Below the pieces are notes generated by a model that saw only the letters and a program-made list of their open reading frames with translations, ran no database searches and was not told the DNA's origin. A program made the translations under genes and the position numbers. A stretch of 64,000 nucleotides of DNA, from assembly GCA_035455185.1 (NCBI GenBank), contig DATIFQ010000359.1, positions 2,248 to 66,247 of the forward strand. The letters are read 5' to 3'. The DNA is from Bryobacteraceae bacterium. GTDB lineage: Bacteria; Acidobacteriota; Terriglobia; Bryobacterales; Bryobacteraceae. This document shows, one piece after another, positions 36,823 to 46,273 of the stretch (position 1 is its first letter; the number at the start of each line of letters is the position of its first letter).

Positions 36823-36847
36823 GCCACGGGAGATCTCCTCCCGTGGC
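36823..36847 (+). terminator. Perfect 10-bp GC-rich hairpin after the beta-propeller gene (no U-tract)
   Basis: GCCACGGGAG (36823-36832) / CTCCCGTGGC (36838-36847) with a 5-nt loop, 11 nt after the TAA stop. Confidence 0.4.
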
Positions 36848-36878
36848 TCGGACCTGCCGATCTAACCCTCGGAAGCTT

Positions 36879-37511
36879 ATGCGGATTTTGATGCCAGTTG
36901 TCCTGCTCACGGCCGCCGCGGCAGGCCTTGCCCAGACATGGGAGGCCGGCGGTTCCGCCGGCGGAAGCTTGTCGAGGAATGTCGGCGTGTCCAGCCAATT
37001 GGGTCAGGCCAGCGCCGGTCTTGCTAGCGGCGCCGCCTTCGGCGCAGTCCTCGGACAGAGCATCCACCGCATCGTCAGCGGCGAGATTCGCTACACCTTC
37101 CAACCGGGCGAAATCCAGGTTGCCTCCGGCGGCACACGGACCAGCTTCCGCAGCCAATTCCACGCGATTCACTACGACCTCCTGTTCCACACGCGTCCGG
37201 AAGGTTCCTCCGTCCGGCCCTTCTTCGCAGCCGGCGGAGGCGGACGGATCTTTAAGGGCACGGGAAAGGAGAACGCCTACCAACCGCTTCAGGAGTACGC
37301 TCTGCTCACAAGGACGCGGGAGTGGAAGCCGATGGCCAGCGTTGGGGGAGGCGTCAAAATCGCAATCTCTCCACGAATGTTCCTGCGTGTCGAGTTCCGC
37401 GATTACATCAGCCCCTTCCCCAAACAGGTGATCGCTCCCGCCGATGGTTCGAAGATCAGCGGCTGGCTCCACTCCGTCGTCCCACTAGTGGGAATCAGCG
37501 TGCCCCTTTAA
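36879..37511 (+). CDS. Small outer-membrane beta-barrel protein (OmpA-beta-barrel/OmpW-like size class)
   Basis: Start reset to ATG 36879 (MRILMPVVLLTAAAAGLAQT signal peptide). About 190 mature residues show alternating-hydrophobic strands with Gly/aromatic girdles (IRYTF, HYDLLFH, FLRVEFRDY). Confidence 0.6.
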   Translation: MRILMPVVLLTAAAAGLAQTWEAGGSAGGSLSRNVGVSSQLGQASAGLASGAAFGAVLGQSIHRIVSGEIRYTFQPGEIQVASGGTRTSFRSQFHAIHYDLLFHTRPEGSSVRPFFAAGGGGRIFKGTGKENAYQPLQEYALLTRTREWKPMASVGGGVKIAISPRMFLRVEFRDYISPFPKQVIAPADGSKISGWLHSVVPLVGISVPL

Positions 37512-37583
37512 AACAGGGCGGCCAGCCCATTAAATCCGCCAACCACCAGAATTAGCAACTGTTTCGACGCTTTTCGCCTTATA

Positions 37584-38519
37584 GTGGGGGAGGTGCGAGC
37601 TTCGTTCTTCTGGGTCATTTCCTCACTCGCTGTCCCGCTCACGCTCGCGGGACAGAACGCTCCGGCGAATCAGTACGTTGGCGGCGAAGTTTGCCGAAAG
37701 TGTCATCCGAACGTCTGGCTCAATTTCTACAAGAACCCGCATTACAAGAGCGTCGCGAGCGGCACTGAGGCTCCGGATAAGACCGGATGCGAGGGTTGCC
37801 ACGGCCCGGGGCAGGCGCATGTGCAGGCGTCCGGCGGCAAAGCCACCATCCGCGCCTTCTCCGTCATGGAACCGAAACAGGTGATTGACGCCTGCCTCGC
37901 CTGCCATAGCAGGGATCTCTCGAAGGCGAACATCCGCCGTTCGTCGCACACCCTGGCAGGCGTCGCGTGTTCAGACTGCCATTCCATTCACCGCTCGCCG
38001 ATCCCGAAATTCCTGCTTGCGAAAGAGCAGCGGGACGTCTGCTACGGCTGCCACGCGCCGGTTCGCAGCCAGTTCTCGATGCCTTTCAAGCACCGTGTGA
38101 ACGAAGGCTTCATGCAGTGCACGGACTGCCATAATCCACACGGCGCACCCGCGGCGACGTGGCGCATGGGAGCCCGTCCGCGAATGGTTGAGCATGCGCT
38201 CGCCAATGAGGAGCCGTGCCTGAAGTGCCACTCGGACAAACGCGGCCCGTTCGTCTTCGAGCATCCGTCAGTGCGTGTCGACGGCTGTGAAACCTGCCAC
38301 AATCCCCACGGCTCGACGAACGCCAAGCTTCTGCGGCGGCCGGTCGTATTCACGGTCTGCCTCGAATGCCACAACGGCGCGGGTGCCTTTGGCCGGCAGG
38401 GCGACGGGATCAGGACGCAGTCTGCCTCACACAACATGGCCGACCCACGCTACCAGAACTGCACTGCGTGTCACGTGCGAATCCACGGCTCGAACGCCGA
38501 CCCTCTCTTTCTGCGATGA
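37584..38519 (+). CDS. Periplasmic decaheme c-type cytochrome, MtrA/DmsE/PioA/MtoA-like
   Basis: 311 aa (start GTG 37584 or GTG 37593) with signal peptide FFWVISSLAVPLTLAGQ. Exactly ten CXXCH motifs: CRKCH, CEGCH, CLACH, CSDCH, CYGCH, CTDCH, CLKCH, CETCH, CLECH, CTACH. The C-terminal CTACHVRIHGSN resembles the MtrA/NrfB-type ending. Confidence 0.85.
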   Translation: MGEVRASFFWVISSLAVPLTLAGQNAPANQYVGGEVCRKCHPNVWLNFYKNPHYKSVASGTEAPDKTGCEGCHGPGQAHVQASGGKATIRAFSVMEPKQVIDACLACHSRDLSKANIRRSSHTLAGVACSDCHSIHRSPIPKFLLAKEQRDVCYGCHAPVRSQFSMPFKHRVNEGFMQCTDCHNPHGAPAATWRMGARPRMVEHALANEEPCLKCHSDKRGPFVFEHPSVRVDGCETCHNPHGSTNAKLLRRPVVFTVCLECHNGAGAFGRQGDGIRTQSASHNMADPRYQNCTACHVRIHGSNADPLFLR

Positions 38520-40498
38520 GGTCACTTCTGATGAGGCGCACCGTGTTCTTAATCCTCGCTTCCCTCGGGCCGCTGGCGGGCCAGCAGACCGTCACTCCTA
38601 CGGCAGCCACGGTCGGGCCTCCTCGCGGAACGGAGATCGGCAACTACAATGTGATGAACTCCTTCGAGACGGGATACCGGTTCCGCTCCGTGGGTGGCGA
38701 TCTCGGCAAGTATCGAAGCGACGTCAACTTCGGCAACGGCATCCGGCTTCTCGGAAGCAGGCTCACCGTCAACTCGAAGGACGGTCACGGCAGCCTCTTC
38801 GACGAGATTGTGCTGTCCACTCAGGGTCTCGGAAACGATCCATACCAGTTCTCGTCGCTGAGGATTCAGAAGAACGGCCTCTACCGTTACGATCTCCTCT
38901 GGCGGCTCAGCGATTACTTCAACCCAGCGCTTCCGCTTGCCGGAGGCCTGCACCGCATGGACACCGAGCGCCGGATGCAGGATCACGATCTGGCGCTACT
39001 TCCGCAGTCCCCCGTGCGGTTGCTGCTCGGCTACACGCGGAATTCCCAAGACGGCGCGGCCCTCACGACCGTGCAGTCCTTCAGCGCTGGCGACGTCTCA
39101 CCGGTGTTTGCCGACATCCGCCGCATCCGGAATGAGTACCGGCTCGGAGGCGAAGCCGAACTGTTCGGCATGAAGCTGCACGTCGTGCGCGGCTGGGACG
39201 ACTTCAAGGAGGACACGCCCTTTACGCTTGCGCCCGGTACCGCTGGCACATCCTCCCCATTCACTACCTTCCGGCGGAACGAGCCGTATCACGGGACAAC
39301 GCCTTGGTGGCGCGTTCATCTTCGCGGAGAAAACAAGTACTGGGCTGCGGCGGGACATTTCACGTACGCAATTGGCCGGCGCGATTTTATCTTCGATGAG
39401 GCCGCCGTCGGAACCGACCGGTTCGGCTCCGAGCGTAACCGGCAGGTCCTTGTCGCCGGCGACGGGCGGCGCCCGGTCACCTCTGGAAACGTCACTCTCA
39501 GCTTTTTTCCGACGGACAACCTAACCATCTCCAACCACACCGCCTTCCACAACACGCGCATGGAAGGCGATTCCGTGTACAGAGAGTTAAACAACGCCAC
39601 GGCCTCCGGCCCGTATCTGTTCTTCAACTTCCTCGGAATCCGGTCCATAACAAACACGACCGACGCGACCCTGCGCGTCTCGAAATGGCTGGGGCTTTAC
39701 GGCGGCTATTACTACTCCACCCGGCGCATCCGTTCCGTCGAGCAGGTGGAGATTGATGGTGTTCCACAGCGGCTGCCTGCGAGTCAGGACAACCGCCTCC
39801 AATCTGGGCTCGCGGGAATTCGTCTGAACTTCGCCCGCTCCCTGACGGTAAGCCTCGACGCCGAGGTAGGACGCGCCGACCGGCCGTTCTTCCCGATTTC
39901 CGAGCGTGACTATCACGGCTTCAACGCCCGCGTGCGGTACAAGTCAAAGTCGTTCGCCCTCTCGGCGTCCGCACGGACGAACTACAACACGAACTCTGTT
40001 TCTCTGTCGAGCCACAGCTCCCGAGGCCGTAATTATTCGGTGGACGGCTCGTGGACACCACGTGACTGGTTCTCTGTAGACGGCGGTTATTCGAAACTTC
40101 ACCTCGATACGGCTTCAGGGATCGCCTACTTCGTCGATTTTGAGTTGATTCAGGGCGAGCGGTCGATCTATGTCAGCAACATTCATGCAGCCAACCTCGG
40201 CGTCCGTTTCGGTCTCGGAAAACGCGCTGACGTCTACACCGGCTACAGTCATGTTGAAGACACGGGTGACGGCCGCGTCAATCCTTTCATCGGGTCGGGC
40301 GCGCGACCCGATCCCTTCGTGCCCGCACAGACCTTCCCACTTGCGTTCCGGAGCCCGCTCGCCCGCTTATCGGTCCGCCTTCACGGCAACCTGCGCTGGA
40401 ATGCCGGCTACCAGCACTACAACTATCGCGAGGACTTCTTCGGCCGGCAGAGCTACCGCGCCCACACCGGCTATACGAGCGTGCTATGGTCTTTCTAA
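38516..40498 (+). CDS. Large outer-membrane beta-barrel, candidate MtrB/PioB-type porin partner of the decaheme cytochrome
   Basis: Start reset to ATG 38516, overlapping the cytochrome TGA as ATGA. 660 aa with signal peptide MRSLLMRRTVFLILASLGPLAGQ. Amphipathic beta-strand periodicity runs throughout with many Y/F/W-G/N turns. The C-terminus YTSVLWSF ends in Phe (OMP signature). No CXXCH. Confidence 0.65.
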   Translation: MRSLLMRRTVFLILASLGPLAGQQTVTPTAATVGPPRGTEIGNYNVMNSFETGYRFRSVGGDLGKYRSDVNFGNGIRLLGSRLTVNSKDGHGSLFDEIVLSTQGLGNDPYQFSSLRIQKNGLYRYDLLWRLSDYFNPALPLAGGLHRMDTERRMQDHDLALLPQSPVRLLLGYTRNSQDGAALTTVQSFSAGDVSPVFADIRRIRNEYRLGGEAELFGMKLHVVRGWDDFKEDTPFTLAPGTAGTSSPFTTFRRNEPYHGTTPWWRVHLRGENKYWAAAGHFTYAIGRRDFIFDEAAVGTDRFGSERNRQVLVAGDGRRPVTSGNVTLSFFPTDNLTISNHTAFHNTRMEGDSVYRELNNATASGPYLFFNFLGIRSITNTTDATLRVSKWLGLYGGYYYSTRRIRSVEQVEIDGVPQRLPASQDNRLQSGLAGIRLNFARSLTVSLDAEVGRADRPFFPISERDYHGFNARVRYKSKSFALSASARTNYNTNSVSLSSHSSRGRNYSVDGSWTPRDWFSVDGGYSKLHLDTASGIAYFVDFELIQGERSIYVSNIHAANLGVRFGLGKRADVYTGYSHVEDTGDGRVNPFIGSGARPDPFVPAQTFPLAFRSPLARLSVRLHGNLRWNAGYQHYNYREDFFGRQSYRAHTGYTSVLWSF

Positions 40499-40501
40499 AC
40501 C

Positions 40502-40855
40502 ATGGAGCTCAAGCTCACGCTCTTCAACAGCATCACGCTGATGATCATGGGCTTTACGCTGCTGACGGTGATCCCGCTCGCGCGAGGACGCCTGAACCGT
40601 AACTGGCCGTTTCTTTACTTTCCTTTGGTTTTCGCCTACTGGCGAGCCTTCGACGGCGCCCTGAATACCTGGTGGATCTGCGCCGGACTGGTCATTGCCC
40701 TGCTCCTGCGCTTCGAGATCATCGGTGCAAGATCCCGTGCGCCGTTGCGGTGGCTGTCAGTCATCGCACTGGCTTATGTTTTTCTGCGGGGAGTGGATCT
40801 GCTGGTGGGAGGGGAACTGTTCTACTTCTTTTCCGTCGGCAGGCCGGACGCCTGA
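40502..40855 (+). CDS. Small 4-TM membrane protein of unknown function
   Basis: 117 aa, ATG 3 nt after the barrel stop. It has four hydrophobic segments, no His and only one Cys. Its 3' end overlaps the convergent rhodanese gene by 34 nt. Confidence 0.5.
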   Translation: MELKLTLFNSITLMIMGFTLLTVIPLARGRLNRNWPFLYFPLVFAYWRAFDGALNTWWICAGLVIALLLRFEIIGARSRAPLRWLSVIALAYVFLRGVDLLVGGELFYFFSVGRPDA

Positions 40856-41219
40856 TACGCCCGCCAGCCTCCGTCGAGCGAGATAACGTCCGTGTAGCCC
40901 ATCTTCTGGAGCGCGTCTGCCGCGAGCGCGGAGCGATACCCACCGCCGCAATAAAGCACCATTTTTGTGCTCTTTTCCGGGACATGAGTCTCGATATCGC
41001 GCTCGATAATTCCCTTGCCGAGATGCAGCGCGCCGGCGGCATGCCCGGCAGCCCACTCGCTCTCCTCGCGGGTGTCAACGAGGAGGAACTTCTCGCCCGA
41101 GGAGACCAGCCTCTTGTAGCCGTCGATGTCGATCTGCCGCACCCGCGACTTGGAGTCGTTGACCAGCGCGAGAAAGCCTGGGTTGTGCCGTTTGCCGCCG
41201 TGAGAGAGAGCCATAAGAG

Positions 41220-41223
<4 letters not shown>
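40822..41223 (-). CDS. Single-domain rhodanese (sulfurtransferase)
   Basis: 133 aa with [10 protein letters not shown] and active-site loop YCGGGYRS. Its ATG overlaps the murA stop (ATGA). Confidence 0.85.
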
Positions 41224-42468
<1,245 letters not shown>

Positions 42469-42476
<8 letters not shown>

Positions 42477-43362
42477 GCCGCAACGCCTCCGACACCCGGC
42501 CGCCGCAGGCCGTCAACTTCTTTTCGGCTTCCTCGCGGGAGACCCCGAGCCTCGCCATCACAATCGCAGTTCTGACGGTGCCGCCGGACTGTTCGAGCAA
42601 CGCTCCGGCCTGCTCGTAATCGACTTCCGCTGCCTTTGCAATGATTCTCCTCGCACGATTGACGAGTTTCTCGTTGGTCGGCTGCACGTTGACCATGAGG
42701 TTGCCGAACACGTACCCAAGGCGAATCATCGTCGCAGTCGAGATCATGTTCAAGACAAGCTTGGTCGCCGTGCCAGCCTTCAGCCGCGTCGAACCGGTCA
42801 CGACCTCTGGTCCCGGAAGCGGCGCGATCGGAATTTCCACTGCCCGCGAAAGCTCCGAGTCCGGCGTGCAACTGATCCCTGCTGTCACGGCGCCGATTCT
42901 CCGCGCGGCGGCGACCGCACCCAGCACATATGGGGTGCGGCCACTGGCCGCGATCCCCACAAGCACGTCTTTCGCGCTGAAGCCGCGATCCTTAAGGTCG
43001 CGCGCGCCTCGCTCCGGATCGTCCTCAATCCCCTCGGCCGAATGGGCGAGCGCCCGCTCGCCGCCGGCGATGATGCCCTGCACCGTTCCCGGCGATACGT
43101 TGAACGTCGGTGGGCATTCGGAGGCGTCCAGCACACCGAGCCGTCCGCTCGTGCCTGCGCCGATGTAGAACAACCGCCCGCCCTGCTTGATCGCCGCTAC
43201 GGCCGCATCCACCAGGCGGGCGACGTTAGGAATTTGGGAAGTCACCGAGGCGGCGACCTTCATATCCTCGGCGTTGAAGATCTGAAGTATTCCTTCGGTG
43301 GAGAGGGCGTCAATTCCTTCGGATTCGGGATTCGGCTGTTCGGTCAGGAGTTTACCGAGCAT
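42469..43362 (-). CDS. murQ: N-acetylmuramic acid 6-phosphate etherase
   Basis: 297 aa with an SIS domain. Motifs are [26 protein letters not shown] and [18 protein letters not shown]. Overlaps the murA start by 8 nt. Confidence 0.88.
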
Positions 43363-43366
43363 GGCC

Positions 43367-44203
43367 CTACACTGCGCCTGCCTTCTTCATCACCACAAGT
43401 GTGGTCTGCAGACCGAGGCGCGCCCCGTCCTCGGGGGCCGTGTCCTTCTTCAGTCGGCCAAGCACTTCTGGACTCACGCCGTACTTGTAACCCACCTTCT
43501 TCAGAGCTTGGAAGAAGCCGGCCAGGTCGATGACACCTTCTCCCGGCATCAGCCGCTGGTTGTCGCGTATCTGATCCGGGGGCAGCTTCGGCGCGTCGGA
43601 CACATGCACGTGTACGATCCGCTCGGCCCCTGCGTCCTCGATGTCGCGGGTCGTAGCGCCCGCATGATGCCAATGCCACGCATCGAGCAGCAACCCCACG
43701 GTCGGTCCGCACTCCTTGCAGAAATCGAGCATCTCGTCCATTCGCCAGATAAACTCGTGCGGATGCAGTTTCCGGAGATGCATCGGGCTCACGAACTCAA
43801 GGCCCAGGCGCATTCGCGAGGGCGCCAGGATCGCTGCGACCGCCTGAAATCGGTCTTTGTAAATCTTGCGCAGCTCCGCCTTCGGAGTGTCGCTCGAAGG
43901 CAGAATCCAAGTCAGCAGCCCCGGCGCTCCGATGGAGGCTGAGAACTTCACTGTCGGCTCGAGCTTCTTGAGGTCCGCCTGGAACGTTGCTTCGTCTTTT
44001 CGGAACTCAACCAGCAGGTCGGTCGCCGCGGGCTTGAGTTTGAGCGTCTTCAGAAGTGCGCGGGTCGAATCCAGTCCCTCACTCATCGCCCGGCTGAGAT
44101 AGATTTCCGTTCCGGGATAACCCAGCCGGGCGGCCATGTGAGCGAACTCCGGCCAGCCCACCTTCGCACCTGCGAGCAGCGAACCGTTCAAACAGACGTA
44201 CAC
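43367..44203 (-). CDS. Sugar phosphate isomerase/epimerase (xylose-isomerase-like TIM barrel)
   Basis: 278 aa with LLLDAWHWHHAG, VHVSD and PGEGVID motifs typical of the AP-endonuclease-2/xylose-isomerase-like TIM-barrel family. Confidence 0.7.
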   Translation of the reverse strand: MYVCLNGSLLAGAKVGWPEFAHMAARLGYPGTEIYLSRAMSEGLDSTRALLKTLKLKPAATDLLVEFRKDEATFQADLKKLEPTVKFSASIGAPGLLTWILPSSDTPKAELRKIYKDRFQAVAAILAPSRMRLGLEFVSPMHLRKLHPHEFIWRMDEMLDFCKECGPTVGLLLDAWHWHHAGATTRDIEDAGAERIVHVHVSDAPKLPPDQIRDNQRLMPGEGVIDLAGFFQALKKVGYKYGVSPEVLGRLKKDTAPEDGARLGLQTTLVVMKKAGAV

Positions 44204-44212
44204 CGCATCCTC

Positions 44213-45526
44213 CTAATAGTTCTTTTCTTTCTCTACCCGCGGTCGGTCGGCACGGCTCATCGACTTGACGCCTGCCAGGGACATGTCCGCTTTCACCAAC
44301 GCATCCGTACCCGCCATCACCTTCGCGACCGCTCTCCCGATGTCCTCGACATCGGCCTCGTCGCCAAGCAGCAGGAATTGCGGAAGCCACACCGATTCCT
44401 CGTAGGCCGCCCGCTCCGCTACCGGGCAGCGGAAGGCACGGTAGTTGACTGGCTCCTCACGGTCGATCCGAAGCTGCGGGAAGTCCTCCGGCTTCGCACC
44501 GAAGAGGTCGCTGCGATAGACCGGCTCATAGAACCGTCCGTCGCTCGGAATGCCCTCAGCATCCAGCGCCGCGACGAACAGGTCGCGAGAGACGCGCCGA
44601 TCCGCCGGCCGATATTGGAAATCGTAGTTGTAGATGGCCTCGCGCGTCAGCGCGGGCTGGGCAGGCAACGGACGGACACCGTCGATTCCAGCCAGCATTT
44701 TGGTCAGCAGCGTGGCGTGCCTCGACCGCTTTGCGGCAAGCTCTTCCAGCCGCTCCAGTTGTCCAAGCAATACCGCTGCCTGGAACTCCGTGATCCGGTA
44801 GTTCGATCCGACGATCCGCTTCTTGAACTGGTCCGTGACGCTCGCCCGGCCGCAGTTGACCAGCGACTGCACCAGCTCGAAGCAATCCAGCCGTGAGGTA
44901 ATGACAATCCCGCCCTCGCCCGAGGTCATCAGCTTGCTGGACTGGAGGCTGAAACAGCCGATGTCGCCCATTGACCCAGCGCCCCTGCCCTTGTACTGTC
45001 CGCCGTGCACGTGGGCGCAATCCTCGATCACGATCAGATCGCGCTCCTCGGCGAGCTTCAGCAGCGGGTCCATTTCGGCAAATCGCATGGCGAGGTGTAC
45101 TGGCAGTAGCGCTTTTGTGCGTGGCGTCAGCGCTTGCCGGGCCGCCTCGACGTCCATGCAATACGTATCGGGATCGACGTCCACGAAGATCGGGATCGCG
45201 CCGGCGTCTAGCACCGCCGTGGCAGTACCGTCCCAGGTGTAGGCCGGGACGATCACTTCGTCGCCGAAGCCGACGCCTGCAGCCTTCAGCGCTGCCAGTA
45301 TGGCAATCGTCCCGTTGGCAAGGCAGCAGCCGTACCGCGCCCCATGATGGGAGGCGAATTTCCGCGCAAACTCATCCGCAAGCAGGTTTGGAAACGGGTA
45401 ACCACCCCAGTTGCGGCTCTCGAGCACAGCTACCAACCGCTCTCGGTCGCGGCCGTCGTATTGGGGCCATGCCGGAAAGGGCTTGTTTCGAACGGGCTTG
45501 CCGCCGAGGATCGCCAAGTCGCTCAT
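44213..45526 (-). CDS. DegT/DnrJ/EryC1/StrS-family PLP-dependent sugar aminotransferase
   Basis: Start reset to ATG 45526 (MSDLAILGGKPV). The PLP-lysine region is CFSLQSSKLMTSGEGG, with VIEDCAHVHG. Confidence 0.85.
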   Translation of the reverse strand: MSDLAILGGKPVRNKPFPAWPQYDGRDRERLVAVLESRNWGGYPFPNLLADEFARKFASHHGARYGCCLANGTIAILAALKAAGVGFGDEVIVPAYTWDGTATAVLDAGAIPIFVDVDPDTYCMDVEAARQALTPRTKALLPVHLAMRFAEMDPLLKLAEERDLIVIEDCAHVHGGQYKGRGAGSMGDIGCFSLQSSKLMTSGEGGIVITSRLDCFELVQSLVNCGRASVTDQFKKRIVGSNYRITEFQAAVLLGQLERLEELAAKRSRHATLLTKMLAGIDGVRPLPAQPALTREAIYNYDFQYRPADRRVSRDLFVAALDAEGIPSDGRFYEPVYRSDLFGAKPEDFPQLRIDREEPVNYRAFRCPVAERAAYEESVWLPQFLLLGDEADVEDIGRAVAKVMAGTDALVKADMSLAGVKSMSRADRPRVEKEKNY

Positions 45527-45654
45527 CTGAACTAGTATCCTATAGGGAACTTCCCGGCGATACCGCTTTCGGCTTATGGACCGGGCGGTCTCAAGGAGAG
45601 CGATGGGCACTCCCGTGGCGTTGGGACGGCAGGTCTGTGGAAGTGCGTTGATAC

Positions 45655-45685
45655 CCCCGGGCGCGGCGTGAACCGGCGCCCGGGG
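45655..45685 (-). terminator. GC-rich hairpin downstream of the IscA/ErpA-like gene (no U-tract)
   Basis: 10-bp stem CCCCGGGCGC (45655-45664) / GCGCCCGGGG (45676-45685) with an 11-nt loop, about 25 nt past the stop at 45708. Confidence 0.4.
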
Positions 45686-45707
45686 CGGAAGGAATCCCGG
45701 ATGGGCC

Positions 45708-46031
45708 TCAAGCGTTGAATGAACTGCCGCAGCCGCATGTCGACTTCACGTTCGGGTTATCGAACTTAAACCCTGACCCTTCAAGGGTTTCCACGTAGTC
45801 GACTTTGGCGCCATCAAGATAGAGCATGCTCGCTTGGTCAACGAAGACTTTGAGGCCGTCAAATTCGTAAGTTTTGTCGAGGAGGCCCGGGCTGTTCTCG
45901 AAAGCCATGGAGTAGCTGAAACCGGAGCAACCCCCACCCACTACTGCGATTCGAAGACCAGCCGGCTTGGGCTCCTGCATGTCCAGGATTTCCTTCACCT
46001 TGCCGACGGCCGTCTCGGTAATCTGAATCAT
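45708..46031 (-). CDS. IscA/ErpA (HesB) family iron-sulfur cluster insertion protein
   Basis: 107 aa with GLRIAVVGGGCSGFSY and the C-terminal CGCGSSF motif. Confidence 0.9.
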   Translation of the reverse strand: MIQITETAVGKVKEILDMQEPKPAGLRIAVVGGGCSGFSYSMAFENSPGLLDKTYEFDGLKVFVDQASMLYLDGAKVDYVETLEGSGFKFDNPNVKSTCGCGSSFNA

Positions 46032-46235
46032 ATGTAATCTCCCTCTATCAGGACTCCTACCCCTCCCATTCTACAGGTTGAGGCGGTAGCCCGCCAATCT
46101 ACCCCGTCACTGCCACTTTATATCGATGTGGCTCCCAGGCGCAGGTTTCGCGAATCTGGTATGTTGTTCGAGGAGCCGTCGGGGGAGAAACGGCGCCGGG
46201 TCTTCGGAAAGGGAGATCGAGGCGCCGCAAGACGC

Positions 46236-46262
46236 TGAAACCGCTCGGTTGTCTGCCGCGTC
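46236..46262 (+). promoter_or_regulatory. Candidate ECF-type promoter upstream of the ECF sigma gene
   Basis: TGAAAC (46236-46241), 17-nt spacer, CGTC (46259-46262; CGTA at 46262-46265). This resembles the TGAAAC-N16/17-CGT class of autoregulated ECF promoters. Pattern match only. Confidence 0.3.
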
Positions 46263-46273
46263 GTAACAACTGT

